Assembly (NCBI GenBank): GCA_032128375.1
Contig: JAQBGU010000232.1
Coordinates: forward strand, 3,106-67,105
Source: Deltaproteobacteria bacterium
GTDB taxonomy: Bacteria > Myxococcota_A > UBA9160 > SMWR01
Direction: 5' to 3'
Length of the DNA: 64,000 nt
The position numbers were made by a program, and so were the translations under genes. The notes beneath the pieces are model-generated. The model was not told where the DNA came from and ran no database searches. It was given only the letters and a program-made list of their open reading frames with translations. Shown here piece by piece: positions 25,719 through 33,760 of this stretch; the first letter of the stretch is position 1, and every line of letters begins with the position of its first letter.

Positions 25719-26204
25719 CTAGTCGTCTCCTTGCACGTCTGCATCATGGGCTGCTGCACCGGAACGCTTCGCGGTGGGACTCGTTGCCGAGAATCGGATC
25801 GATGGGGCGCCAGTTTCACCCTCTCCCGGTTCATCCAAGAGGCGAAATTCCGTTTTGACTTCGAGCGTTCTTCCCAGCATGAGTTCTCTGATCACGGCTG
25901 CAATGTCCACTCCCTCTAGCACGCGGCCGATCTCGCCGCTCAGTCGTTCCAGAAACTCGCTCCGGGTCCTGTCGCTGGTATCGACCAGAAAGTCCGTCCA
26001 GTCCTTCGGGACGGTATCTTCCAGCGCCTTGCGCAGCGCTCCTTCTGTGGTGAAAAAGCCAGCCAGCCCGAGCGTCAGCGCACGGCGCATCCATTCCGGG
26101 ATCGCACGTGCGGATTCGTCCGATCCCCCGGACCCGGAAAGGGGAGAATGTGCATCTTTTGGGGCAGCATCGAGATCTCTTTGTTTCCCTCGCCGCTGCG
26201 CCAT
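25719..26204 (-). CDS. hypothetical protein (possibly phasin/COG3937-like, weak)
   Basis: 161 aa with AAGGAG 10 nt upstream of the ATG. The ALTLGLAGFFTTEGALRKALEDTVPKD segment is reminiscent of PHA-granule regulator-like proteins, but this is not verified. Confidence 0.5.
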   Translation of the reverse strand: MAQRRGKQRDLDAAPKDAHSPLSGSGGSDESARAIPEWMRRALTLGLAGFFTTEGALRKALEDTVPKDWTDFLVDTSDRTRSEFLERLSGEIGRVLEGVDIAAVIRELMLGRTLEVKTEFRLLDEPGEGETGAPSIRFSATSPTAKRSGAAAHDADVQGDD

Positions 26205-26222
26205 AGAGTAAAATCTCCTTCG

Positions 26223-26657
26223 ATGAGCATCGAACGCCGCACATACGTCCGTGACGTCATGCAGGAGAAGATCGTCACGATCGGTGCGGGCGACACTCTA
26301 TCGACCGTTGAGGATATCATGACGCTAGGCGGCGTGCGCCATATGCCTGTCGTACACCGGGGAGTACTGGTTGGCGTCGTTTCCCAGCGGGACCTGCTGC
26401 GGGCCTCGCTGTCGAACCTGACCGAGTTCGGGATGGAACAGCGGCGTGCCTTCCTACAGGTCGTCGAAATCACCCGGGTCATGTCCGCACCGCCGATTGT
26501 CATTTCACCCGATGCCACAGTCGAACAGGCCGCCCGGGTTCTGGCAGATCGCAAGATCGGTTGCCTTCCGGTCGTCGAGGGTGAAACGCTCGTGGGAATG
26601 GTCACTGAAACCGATGTGCTGGCGTATTTTGCCGGCTCGATTGGCGCTGATCGCTGA
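26223..26657 (+). CDS. CBS-domain pair protein
   Basis: VRDVMQEKIVTIGAGDTLSTVEDIM...GVRHMPVV and RVMSAPPIVISPDATVEQAARVLADRKIGCLPVVEGETLVGMVTETDVL are two CBS motifs. Confidence 0.8.
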   Translation: MSIERRTYVRDVMQEKIVTIGAGDTLSTVEDIMTLGGVRHMPVVHRGVLVGVVSQRDLLRASLSNLTEFGMEQRRAFLQVVEITRVMSAPPIVISPDATVEQAARVLADRKIGCLPVVEGETLVGMVTETDVLAYFAGSIGADR

Positions 26658-26783
26658 GCCGCCTGCATGGTCGTTTCCGAGTCATGCCCGCGTCATGCCA
26701 GAGCCGGGCCATTGACTCTCCGCGCCGCGGACCCATCACCGGCTGGCACGCGCCGCCTGCACAATCTGCCATCAACGATCCAA

Positions 26784-26813
26784 TTGACAATTCCCGCGGG
26801 GATCCCGTACTCT
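26784..26813 (+). promoter_or_regulatory. sigma-70-like promoter candidate (TTGACA-N18-TACTCT) with embedded palindrome
   Basis: TTGACA at 26784-26789 and TACTCT at 26808-26813. The spacer contains the palindrome TCCCGCGGGA. It lies 44 nt upstream of the usp start. Confidence 0.35.
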
Positions 26814-26856
26814 CGCGAGGCTGGTTGAGGCGGGCGATGCGGACGAAGGGAGCACG

Positions 26857-27678
26857 ATGACTTCGGCGATCTTGGTGGCGACAGATGGTTCAGAGGCCGC
26901 GGCTGCGGCCGAGCGGTTCGGCACGGATCTCGCCAAGCGGCTGAAGGCGCGTCTGCTCGGCATATCGGTCATCGAATCTCGAATCTCTCACGGCATGCAG
27001 GACGATGGGCTGGGTGTGACGCCGCCTGCTGCTGAACTCCTCGCCGGCTATCTGAAGAATCGGGCTGATGCAGTATGTCGCCGGCTGGCAGAGCGCGCCC
27101 GCAGCGCAGACGTCGATCACACGATCGAAGTTGCGCATGGGATCGCGGACGATCGAATCGTCGAGAAGGGACAGCAAGCCGAGATCATCGTGCTGGGGCG
27201 CGACGGTGTGCACGCGCAATACCGCACGGGACTGATCGGTTCGACCGTCGACGGCGTGATTCGAAAGACCGCGCAAACATCATTGGTGGTCCCGGCAGGT
27301 GCCCAGCTCGCGGGACCGGTCTTGTTGGCGTTCGATGGCTCGCCGGGTTCGCGGGTTGGCGCGCGACACGCGGTACAGATCGCGACGCGAATCGGTGAGC
27401 CGATTCACGTATTCATCGATTCCAAGGACAAGGGCAGGGCGATCGCGCGGTTCGACGAAGTGCGCGGGTTGGTCGGAGCGCTGCCGGTGCCGATCCGCGA
27501 GATCTCGTCGACGCTGGGCCGACCCGATGTGAAGATCGTCGACTCGGCGCGCGAAGTGAAGGCGAGCCTGATCGTGATGGGCGCCTACGGCCGAAACCGG
27601 ATTACCGAGTATTTTCTCGGCAGCAACTCGACCGCCGTCGTGAGAACATCGCCGGTGGCGGTCCTACTCGCGCGCTGA
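26857..27678 (+). CDS. tandem universal stress protein (UspA family)
   Basis: ILVATDGSEAA... and VLLAFDGSPGS... are two Usp domains. It ends LIVMGAYGRNRITEYFLGSNSTAVVRTSPVAVLL (G-x2-G-x9-G(S/T) ATP motif). Confidence 0.85.
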   Translation: MTSAILVATDGSEAAAAAERFGTDLAKRLKARLLGISVIESRISHGMQDDGLGVTPPAAELLAGYLKNRADAVCRRLAERARSADVDHTIEVAHGIADDRIVEKGQQAEIIVLGRDGVHAQYRTGLIGSTVDGVIRKTAQTSLVVPAGAQLAGPVLLAFDGSPGSRVGARHAVQIATRIGEPIHVFIDSKDKGRAIARFDEVRGLVGALPVPIREISSTLGRPDVKIVDSAREVKASLIVMGAYGRNRITEYFLGSNSTAVVRTSPVAVLLAR

Positions 27679-27681
27679 CCG

Positions 27682-28725
27682 ATGTCAGGGACAGGCATGC
27701 GACTAGGTGATCTCGCAGCCGAACTCGGCCGCGACGTCGATGGTGATACCGAAGTCTGGATCGAAGGTGTGGCGCCGCTCGATAGCGCGGGGCCAACAGA
27801 CCTGGCTTTCGTTCGTTCCGCGAAGTTCGCCAGCGGCATGTTGTCGACGCGCGCCGGTGCGGTGATCGCACCAGGTGATCTCGATTCAGGAGGTCGGCCG
27901 ACGATCCGGTCCCCGAACCCGGGGCTCGATTTTTCGCGCGTTGCGCGGCGGCTGGTTCCACAGAGTCGACCCGTCCGGGGGGTGCACCCCTCGGCGAGCA
28001 TCGCTGCCAACACGAGTATCGATGCCAGCGCAACGGTCGGGCCGGGCTGCGTGATCGGCAGCGGCTCGAAGATCGGACCGGGCAGCGTATTGATGCCCAA
28101 TACGACGCTCTACGAGGATGTGACCGTTGGGGCCGATTGCACGCTGCACGCGTCTTGTGTGCTGCGCGAGAGGACGCAACTGGGCGATCGCGTCATCCTG
28201 CATCCGGGCGTGGTGCTCGGCGGCGATGGGTTCGGCTACGTTGCGAACGAGACGGGCGGTTTCGAAAAGGCGCCTCAGCTCGGTCGCGTGCTGATTGGTG
28301 ATGACGTCGAAATCGGTGCCAACACCACGGTCGACCGCGGCACACTCGGCGACACGCGCATCGGCAATAGTGCGAAAATCGACAATCTCGTCCAGATCGG
28401 ACACAACTGCGATATTGGTGAGAAGGTCATCATCGTCGGCCAGGTCGGGCTCGCGGGCAGCACGATCGTCGAACACGATGCGATTCTGATGGCACAGGCG
28501 GGCGTCGCAGGGCATTTGACGATCGGTGCGGGCGCATTCGTCGGTCCGCAGTCGGGTATCCATAAGGATGTCGGAGCCGGCGTGAAGGTGCTCGGCACCC
28601 CGCAACGGGAGGAACGGCTTTTCCATCGATTGATGGCCGCTATGCTGCACCTTCCCGACCTGTTGCGCCGGGTTCGCAAGATCGAGAAGCTGCTCGGATT
28701 GCGTGGAGGCGACAAGTCGACTTGA
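27682..28725 (+). CDS. lpxD: UDP-3-O-acylglucosamine N-acyltransferase
   Basis: N-terminal LGDLAAELG...[16 protein letters not shown] followed by long hexapeptide (left-handed beta-helix) repeats and a C-terminal helix. This is typical LpxD architecture. Confidence 0.9.
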   Translation: MSGTGMRLGDLAAELGRDVDGDTEVWIEGVAPLDSAGPTDLAFVRSAKFASGMLSTRAGAVIAPGDLDSGGRPTIRSPNPGLDFSRVARRLVPQSRPVRGVHPSASIAANTSIDASATVGPGCVIGSGSKIGPGSVLMPNTTLYEDVTVGADCTLHASCVLRERTQLGDRVILHPGVVLGGDGFGYVANETGGFEKAPQLGRVLIGDDVEIGANTTVDRGTLGDTRIGNSAKIDNLVQIGHNCDIGEKVIIVGQVGLAGSTIVEHDAILMAQAGVAGHLTIGAGAFVGPQSGIHKDVGAGVKVLGTPQREERLFHRLMAAMLHLPDLLRRVRKIEKLLGLRGGDKST

Positions 28726-29561
28726 AGGCCGACTCGAAGCAATCGAGGTATGCGTCGCTGGCCGACATCCGTCGTCGCATCGAAGGCATGACCTCTTCTC
28801 GAGCACGCAAGCAGCTCGCGGTCATTCTCGCTGCTGATTCCCGCCGCGGTGCGCGGCTGATCGGTGCACGCGTGCTTGCGGCAGAGGCCGCGCGAAGGCG
28901 CGAGCGCGCGCGAATCTCGAAGCTCTTTGTGAGACGCAATCGACTGCTGCGCGATGGGCTTCAGTTCGTGGCGGGGGTTGATGAAGTAGGAGTGGGTCCC
29001 CTCGCTGGGCCGATTGTCGCGGCCGCTGTCGTGCTGCCCGTCAGCGTCGATCTCGATGCGCTCGAAGGTTTGAACGACTCCAAGAAACTCAAGGCAGTGG
29101 AACGCGAACGTCTCGCCGCGGAGATTCGTCGCCAGGCCATTGCGGTCTCGATCGGTTCGGTCTCGGTTTCGGACGTAGATCGGCTGAATGTGTTTCACGC
29201 AGCTCTCGAAGCGATGCGCCGCGCCGTGCTCGGGCTCAGCGTATTGCCAGAACATGTCTTTGTCGATGCGCGGACGATCCAGAGAATTGAAGTCCCACAG
29301 ACCTCGATCGTCGGCGGCGATGCGCTGGAAGCTTCGATCGCAGCTGCTTCGATTGTGGCAAAAGTCCACCGAGACGCTTGGATGCGCCAGCTCGACGAGC
29401 GTCACCCCGGTTACGGTTTCGATCGCCATATGGGATATGGAACAGAGCAGCACCTCGCAGCGCTGTCGCGGCTCGGGCCGTCGCCTGCACACCGGCGAAG
29501 CTTCGCACCCGTGCGGGCCACCGTGGACAGGGCCGCCCGGGATCGTCAGCGCTCCGAGTAG
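28722..29561 (+). CDS. rnhB: ribonuclease HII (with ~85-aa basic N-terminal extension)
   Basis: [38 protein letters not shown] and [12 protein letters not shown] are RNase HII motifs. The start overlaps the lpxD stop. Confidence 0.85.
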   Translation: MKADSKQSRYASLADIRRRIEGMTSSRARKQLAVILAADSRRGARLIGARVLAAEAARRRERARISKLFVRRNRLLRDGLQFVAGVDEVGVGPLAGPIVAAAVVLPVSVDLDALEGLNDSKKLKAVERERLAAEIRRQAIAVSIGSVSVSDVDRLNVFHAALEAMRRAVLGLSVLPEHVFVDARTIQRIEVPQTSIVGGDALEASIAAASIVAKVHRDAWMRQLDERHPGYGFDRHMGYGTEQHLAALSRLGPSPAHRRSFAPVRATVDRAARDRQRSE

Positions 29562-29569
29562 TCCAGTAG

Positions 29570-30586
29570 ATGGCCCGAATCCGAACCGCTCCCGAAGACT
29601 TTGCGGTCGAGGAATTGCCGCTCTACCAGCCGAGCGGAGAGGGTGGCCACACCTTCGTTCGACTCGAAAAGCGCTTGCGAACCACAGAGGAAGTCGCGAA
29701 CGACCTGGCCCGAGCGGCCAGGGTACAACCCCGCGATATCGGCTATGCCGGACGCAAGGATCGCATCGCTGTCGCGACGCAGACTTTTTCGGTGCCAGGG
29801 CTGGATCCGACCCGTGCGCTCGAGCTGACGCTACCTGGTGTTCGCGTGCTCGAGGCTGTGCGTCACGGACACAAACTCCGCACCGGTCAACTGCGCGGGA
29901 ATCGGTTCGAAATTGCGGTTCGCGAAATCGATGAGAACCAGCGATCGGCGCTGCGCAGCCGGTTCGACGAGTTGTGCCGCACGGGCATGCCCAACCGATT
30001 CGGTGCACAGCGCTTCGGACGCGATGGACGCAACGTTGCCGCCGGAGCTCGCATACTGCGCGGGAAGGCACGGATCACCGACCACCGCAAGGCGCGCTTC
30101 GCGATTTCCGCACTCCAGTCTGCAGTGTTCAACTCGGTGCTCGATTCCCGTCCGATCCCGGTTTCTCAGCTCGAACTGGGAGACGTCGCGATTCTTCACG
30201 AATCCGGGGGACAGTTTCTCGTCGAAGACCTCGCGGTCGATCAGGCGCGTGCCGACGCGTTCGAGATCAGCCCCAGCGGTCCGATTTTCGGCAGTCGCGT
30301 GATCGAGCCAACCGCTGCCGTGGCCGACCGGGAGGCTCGCGCTCTCGCCGAACACGGTGTGTCCCTTTCCGAAATGCGGCCGCCGCGCGGGATCCGGCTG
30401 CGCGGCGCGCGTCGTGCACTGCGCGTGCGACCCAGCGAAGCGGCTACGAGAGAACTCGACGATGGGCTCTGGCTCGACTTCGCACTTCCGTCAGGGAGTT
30501 ATGCGACGGTGTTGATTCGTGCGGTGCTCGGCGAGGATCCGTACGTCGGACCCGGTGACACGCCACCGAGCGGCGCGGTATCCTGA
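29570..30586 (+). CDS. truD: tRNA pseudouridine(13) synthase
   Basis: [28 protein letters not shown]..., [14 protein letters not shown] (catalytic Asp context) and [10 protein letters not shown] are TruD signatures. Confidence 0.85.
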   Translation: MARIRTAPEDFAVEELPLYQPSGEGGHTFVRLEKRLRTTEEVANDLARAARVQPRDIGYAGRKDRIAVATQTFSVPGLDPTRALELTLPGVRVLEAVRHGHKLRTGQLRGNRFEIAVREIDENQRSALRSRFDELCRTGMPNRFGAQRFGRDGRNVAAGARILRGKARITDHRKARFAISALQSAVFNSVLDSRPIPVSQLELGDVAILHESGGQFLVEDLAVDQARADAFEISPSGPIFGSRVIEPTAAVADREARALAEHGVSLSEMRPPRGIRLRGARRALRVRPSEAATRELDDGLWLDFALPSGSYATVLIRAVLGEDPYVGPGDTPPSGAVS

Positions 30587-30665
30587 GCCGGACTCGGAGT
30601 CCCAGTCCGTCCGAGGCCTCGGGTCGAGCAAACCGCGAACCAAAGCCAAACAAGGAGCCATCCCC

Positions 30666-31622
30666 ATGAATATCGCCGACTCCGTCACGGACCTGATCGG
30701 GCGCACCCCGATGGTGCGACTCAACCGCGTTGCTTCCGAGGTTTCTCCGACGATCGTCGCGAAGCTCGAGAGCTTCAACCCTGGCAACAGCGTCAAGGAT
30801 CGCATCGGGCTCAGCATGATCGAAGCGGCGGAAAAGGCCGGTGCGCTGATTCCCGGTGAGACCGTGATCGTCGAGCCGACTAGCGGAAACACGGGGATCG
30901 CGCTGGCCATGGTGGCTGCGGTGAAGGGGTACCAGTGCGTCTTGACGATGCCCGAGTCGATGAGCCCGGAACGTCGCGCCATGCTGCGCGCTTTTGGCGC
31001 GAAGCTCGTGCTGACCGATCCGGCCAAAGGGATGCCTGGTGCCATCGATCGCGCGAAGGGGCTGCTTTCCGAAATTCCGAACTCCTTCATGCCACAGCAG
31101 TTCCAGAACCCGGCCAACCCCGAAGTGCACCGCAGGACCACGGCCGAGGAGATCTGGAACGACACCGATGGGGAAATCGACACAGTGATCTCGGGCGTCG
31201 GAACAGGCGGAACCGTGACCGGCATCGGTCAGGTGTTGAAAAAGCGAAAGCCGGGCTTCAAGGTGATCGCAGTCGAGCCCGAAGACAGCGCCGTCATCTC
31301 GGGGGGCGCGCCGGGCAAGCACATGATTCAGGGCATCGGCGCGGGTTTCATTCCCGATGTCCTCGATAGGGACCTGCTCGACGGTGTCATCACCGTGAGC
31401 AACGACGAGTCGCTCGAAATGGCTCGCCGCCTCGCGAAGGAAGAGGGCTTGATGTGCGGCATTTCATCTGGCGCTGTGGTGGCCGCCGCACTGAAGTACG
31501 CCGCGGGCGACGGGAAGAGCGACAAGCTGATATGCGTGATCATCCCGAGTTACGGCGAGCGCTACATCCAAACGAAGCTCTTCGATCCCTACCGGTATGA
31601 GGGCAGTGACGAAGTCGCTTGA
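30666..31622 (+). CDS. cysK: cysteine synthase A (O-acetylserine sulfhydrylase)
   Basis: [21 protein letters not shown]..., [16 protein letters not shown] (PLP Lys) and [18 protein letters not shown] upstream of the ATG. Confidence 0.9.
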   Translation: MNIADSVTDLIGRTPMVRLNRVASEVSPTIVAKLESFNPGNSVKDRIGLSMIEAAEKAGALIPGETVIVEPTSGNTGIALAMVAAVKGYQCVLTMPESMSPERRAMLRAFGAKLVLTDPAKGMPGAIDRAKGLLSEIPNSFMPQQFQNPANPEVHRRTTAEEIWNDTDGEIDTVISGVGTGGTVTGIGQVLKKRKPGFKVIAVEPEDSAVISGGAPGKHMIQGIGAGFIPDVLDRDLLDGVITVSNDESLEMARRLAKEEGLMCGISSGAVVAAALKYAAGDGKSDKLICVIIPSYGERYIQTKLFDPYRYEGSDEVA

Positions 31623-32193
31623 CGACCTCGCGTCTCCCGATGGCGGAGTTCGCAGCGAAAAAACGCGCGACGCTCGTCTGCGTCCGTTTGGCGGTGTGTG
31701 GCCTCGCGTGCATCGATCGGTCTGGCTTGCGCCAGGTGCCATCGTCGTGGGCGATGTGGAAATCGGAGAAGACTCGAGCATCTGGTACGGGTGCGTGCTT
31801 CGCGGCGATGTCGAAGCGATTCGCATCGGCGCGCGCAGCAACGTGCAAGACGGCAGCGTTCTGCACGTAACGAAGGGCCGATTCGCGTGCGTGGTCGGTG
31901 ACGAGGTGACCATCGGCCACCGCGCGGTCGTGCACGGCTGCGTAATCGGCGACGGCGCACTGGTCGGAATCGGTGCCATCGTGCTGGACGGCGCGACGGT
32001 GGGCGAGGGGGCTCTGGTTGGCGCCGGCTCCGTCGTCACGCCCGGCAGCGCAATCTCGCCGAACACGATCGCAATGGGGACCCCGGCTCGAGAAATTCGG
32101 CGACTCAGCGACACGGAGCGCGCCGCCCAGCGAGAACGCACGCTCCACTATGTCGAAACCGCCCGTCTTCACGCAGCGGTCGATGCGTCATGA
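31597..32193 (+). CDS. gamma-carbonic-anhydrase-like hexapeptide protein (YrdA/PaaY family)
   Basis: [49 protein letters not shown]...[10 protein letters not shown]. The start is uncertain (26-nt overlap with cysK). Confidence 0.8.
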   Translation: MRAVTKSLDDLASPDGGVRSEKTRDARLRPFGGVWPRVHRSVWLAPGAIVVGDVEIGEDSSIWYGCVLRGDVEAIRIGARSNVQDGSVLHVTKGRFACVVGDEVTIGHRAVVHGCVIGDGALVGIGAIVLDGATVGEGALVGAGSVVTPGSAISPNTIAMGTPAREIRRLSDTERAAQRERTLHYVETARLHAAVDAS

Positions 32194-32825
32194 ATGGTTC
32201 GAGCGTATCGGGGGGCGAAGATTCGCGGTCGAAGATCATGCATTCCGCTCGCGAGATCTTCTTTCGAGACGGCTTCGCAGCCGCCAACCTCGACGTTGTG
32301 GCGCGCCGAGCAGGTGTCGCCAAGGGGACGCTGTACCGCTACTTCGAGAGCAAAGCGGAGCTGTACCTCGCTGTCCTCGCGCAGAACGGCGATGAATTCG
32401 AGCGACGCCTGCGCGCGGCGATCTTGGCGGACACAAAAGCGGAGGACCAGATCCGCCAGGTGGCGCACTTCTATTTCGAACACTGGACCGAGAACCTCAA
32501 CTACTTCAGCATCTTCTGGGCAATCGAGAACCAGTCGGTGATCGGAGGGATGCCTGCGGCGGCGGTCGATGAGGTCACGAAACTCTGGAAGCAATGCCTG
32601 CAGATTCTGGCCGATGTGATCGACGACGGTGTTCGCAAAGGGCAGTTCTTCGCGTGTGATCCCTGGGAAACCGCGAACATCTTTTGGACGCTCGGCAATG
32701 CGGTCATCCAGACCGAGGTGTCGTCCGTGCGCCGTGCGCTGCGACGCAAGTCGCTCGCCGAAGCGTTCGACGACGCGATCGAGGTGCTAATCCGTGGGCT
32801 TACCAGCGTCGAATCGGTGTCTTGA
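32190..32825 (+). CDS. TetR-family transcriptional regulator
   Basis: IMHSAREIFFRDGFAAANLDVVARRAGVAKGTLYRYFESKAELY is a TetR HTH. ATGA overlap with the preceding gene. Confidence 0.85.
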   Translation: MNGSSVSGGEDSRSKIMHSAREIFFRDGFAAANLDVVARRAGVAKGTLYRYFESKAELYLAVLAQNGDEFERRLRAAILADTKAEDQIRQVAHFYFEHWTENLNYFSIFWAIENQSVIGGMPAAAVDEVTKLWKQCLQILADVIDDGVRKGQFFACDPWETANIFWTLGNAVIQTEVSSVRRALRRKSLAEAFDDAIEVLIRGLTSVESVS

Positions 32826-32953
32826 CAAAGCCAACTTCGTGCGGGAATCTGCCCGCAGGGGGGATGACCGTCAGTCATTATCTGGCAGAATTTGGTGGTT
32901 CAAGTAAGACGGCGGCCGGCCGATCAACTGATCTCGTGCCGTGCCACCGCGTG

Positions 32954-32992
32954 TTTGATTGAAGGGTTTGATTGAAGGGATTGATGGGAGGG
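32954..32992 (+). repeat. 13-bp tandem repeat x3 immediately upstream of the ACP start
   Basis: TTTGATTGAAGGG TTTGATTGAAGGG ATTGATGGGAGGG. The last copy supplies the Shine-Dalgarno (GGGAGGG) 8 nt before ATG 33001. Confidence 0.75.
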
Positions 32993-33000
32993 CTTGAGTC

Positions 33001-33237
33001 ATGGGTATCGATCTATCCGTTCGAATCCAGTCGATCGTCGCGGATCAACTTGGTGTCGAGCAGTCTGAAGTCACCAAGGACGCGAGCATTTTGGATGATC
33101 TTGGGGCGGACTCGCTCGACGTAGTCGAACTTGTCATGACCCTCGAGGATGCCTTCGATATCGAAGTTCCCGATGACGCCGTCGAAGAGATGCGCACGAT
33201 CGGTGACGTTCAGCGCTTCGTCGAATCACACATCTAA
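33001..33237 (+). CDS. acyl carrier protein (stand-alone)
   Basis: 78 aa. DDLGADSLDVVELVMTLEDAFDIEVPDD contains the phosphopantetheine Ser (DSL) motif. No fab genes are adjacent. Confidence 0.85.
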   Translation: MGIDLSVRIQSIVADQLGVEQSEVTKDASILDDLGADSLDVVELVMTLEDAFDIEVPDDAVEEMRTIGDVQRFVESHI

Positions 33238-33431
33238 CCGGCTAGGGGTGCGACAAGGTTCTTGGCTCGCACTGAAGCCGCGTCCGATTCAAGCGCAGCG
33301 ACGGCTGCGCTAGGGATCTTCCGGCCAGGTCCGGCCGGATCCCCCAGTAGCGGGTTTCCAGTGCGAAGTCCCCGGCTCGAGAGTCTGCGCGGTAGAGCGC
33401 TAGCGCGCAGGCGACGACGGAAAAATTCACC

Positions 33432-33722
33432 CTAGGATGTTCTGAGCCCCGGAAGTACCTTGAAGTGGGCGCCGAGCGTGGTGGTGAAGACCGACGCCGC
33501 GATCGCGATCCCCAGGCGTGGTTGGATGGATTGTTGTGCGACGCGCTTGGCGACTTCTTCCTGCTCGGGCCCTGGCGGCAGGGTCTGTGCGACTTCGTAG
33601 AGTGCTGGGGCGATCAGCAGCAAGCAATACAGGAAGAAGAACCCGAACAGGTAGATTAGGCTCACGGTGAACCTGGGCGTGAAGCTCGGGCGAGGGCGCC
33701 GGATGCGCGGCGGCAAGGACAT
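33432..33722 (-). CDS. small membrane protein (hypothetical)
   Basis: From MSLPPRIRRPRPSF. It has one strong TM (VSLIYLFGFFFLYCLLLIAPALY) and a second hydrophobic segment near the C-terminus. The start choice is tentative. Confidence 0.4.
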   Translation of the reverse strand: MSLPPRIRRPRPSFTPRFTVSLIYLFGFFFLYCLLLIAPALYEVAQTLPPGPEQEEVAKRVAQQSIQPRLGIAIAASVFTTTLGAHFKVLPGLRTS

Positions 33723-33760
33723 CGCCGTCAGCGTACGAAGTCGCCGAAAAGGGGTCAAGT

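Noticed and set aside
26744-26761. TGGCACgcgccgccTGCa as a sigma-54 promoter upstream of the usp gene
   Set aside because: The GC of the -12 element is displaced by 2 nt relative to the obligatory GG-N10-GC spacing. A sigma-70-like TTGACA-N18-TACTCT lies just downstream instead.
28275-30071. 598-aa minus-strand ORF across lpxD 3' end, rnhB and truD
   Set aside because: The opposite strand carries three genes with strong family signatures. The ORF product is Arg/Pro/Ser/Cys-rich with no recognisable domain.
33242-33430. 62-aa minus-strand ORF and a GCGCAGC-gacg-GCTGCGC hairpin downstream of the ACP gene as gene or terminator
   Set aside because: The ORF is short with no features. The hairpin lacks a T-tract, so I could not support an intrinsic terminator call.
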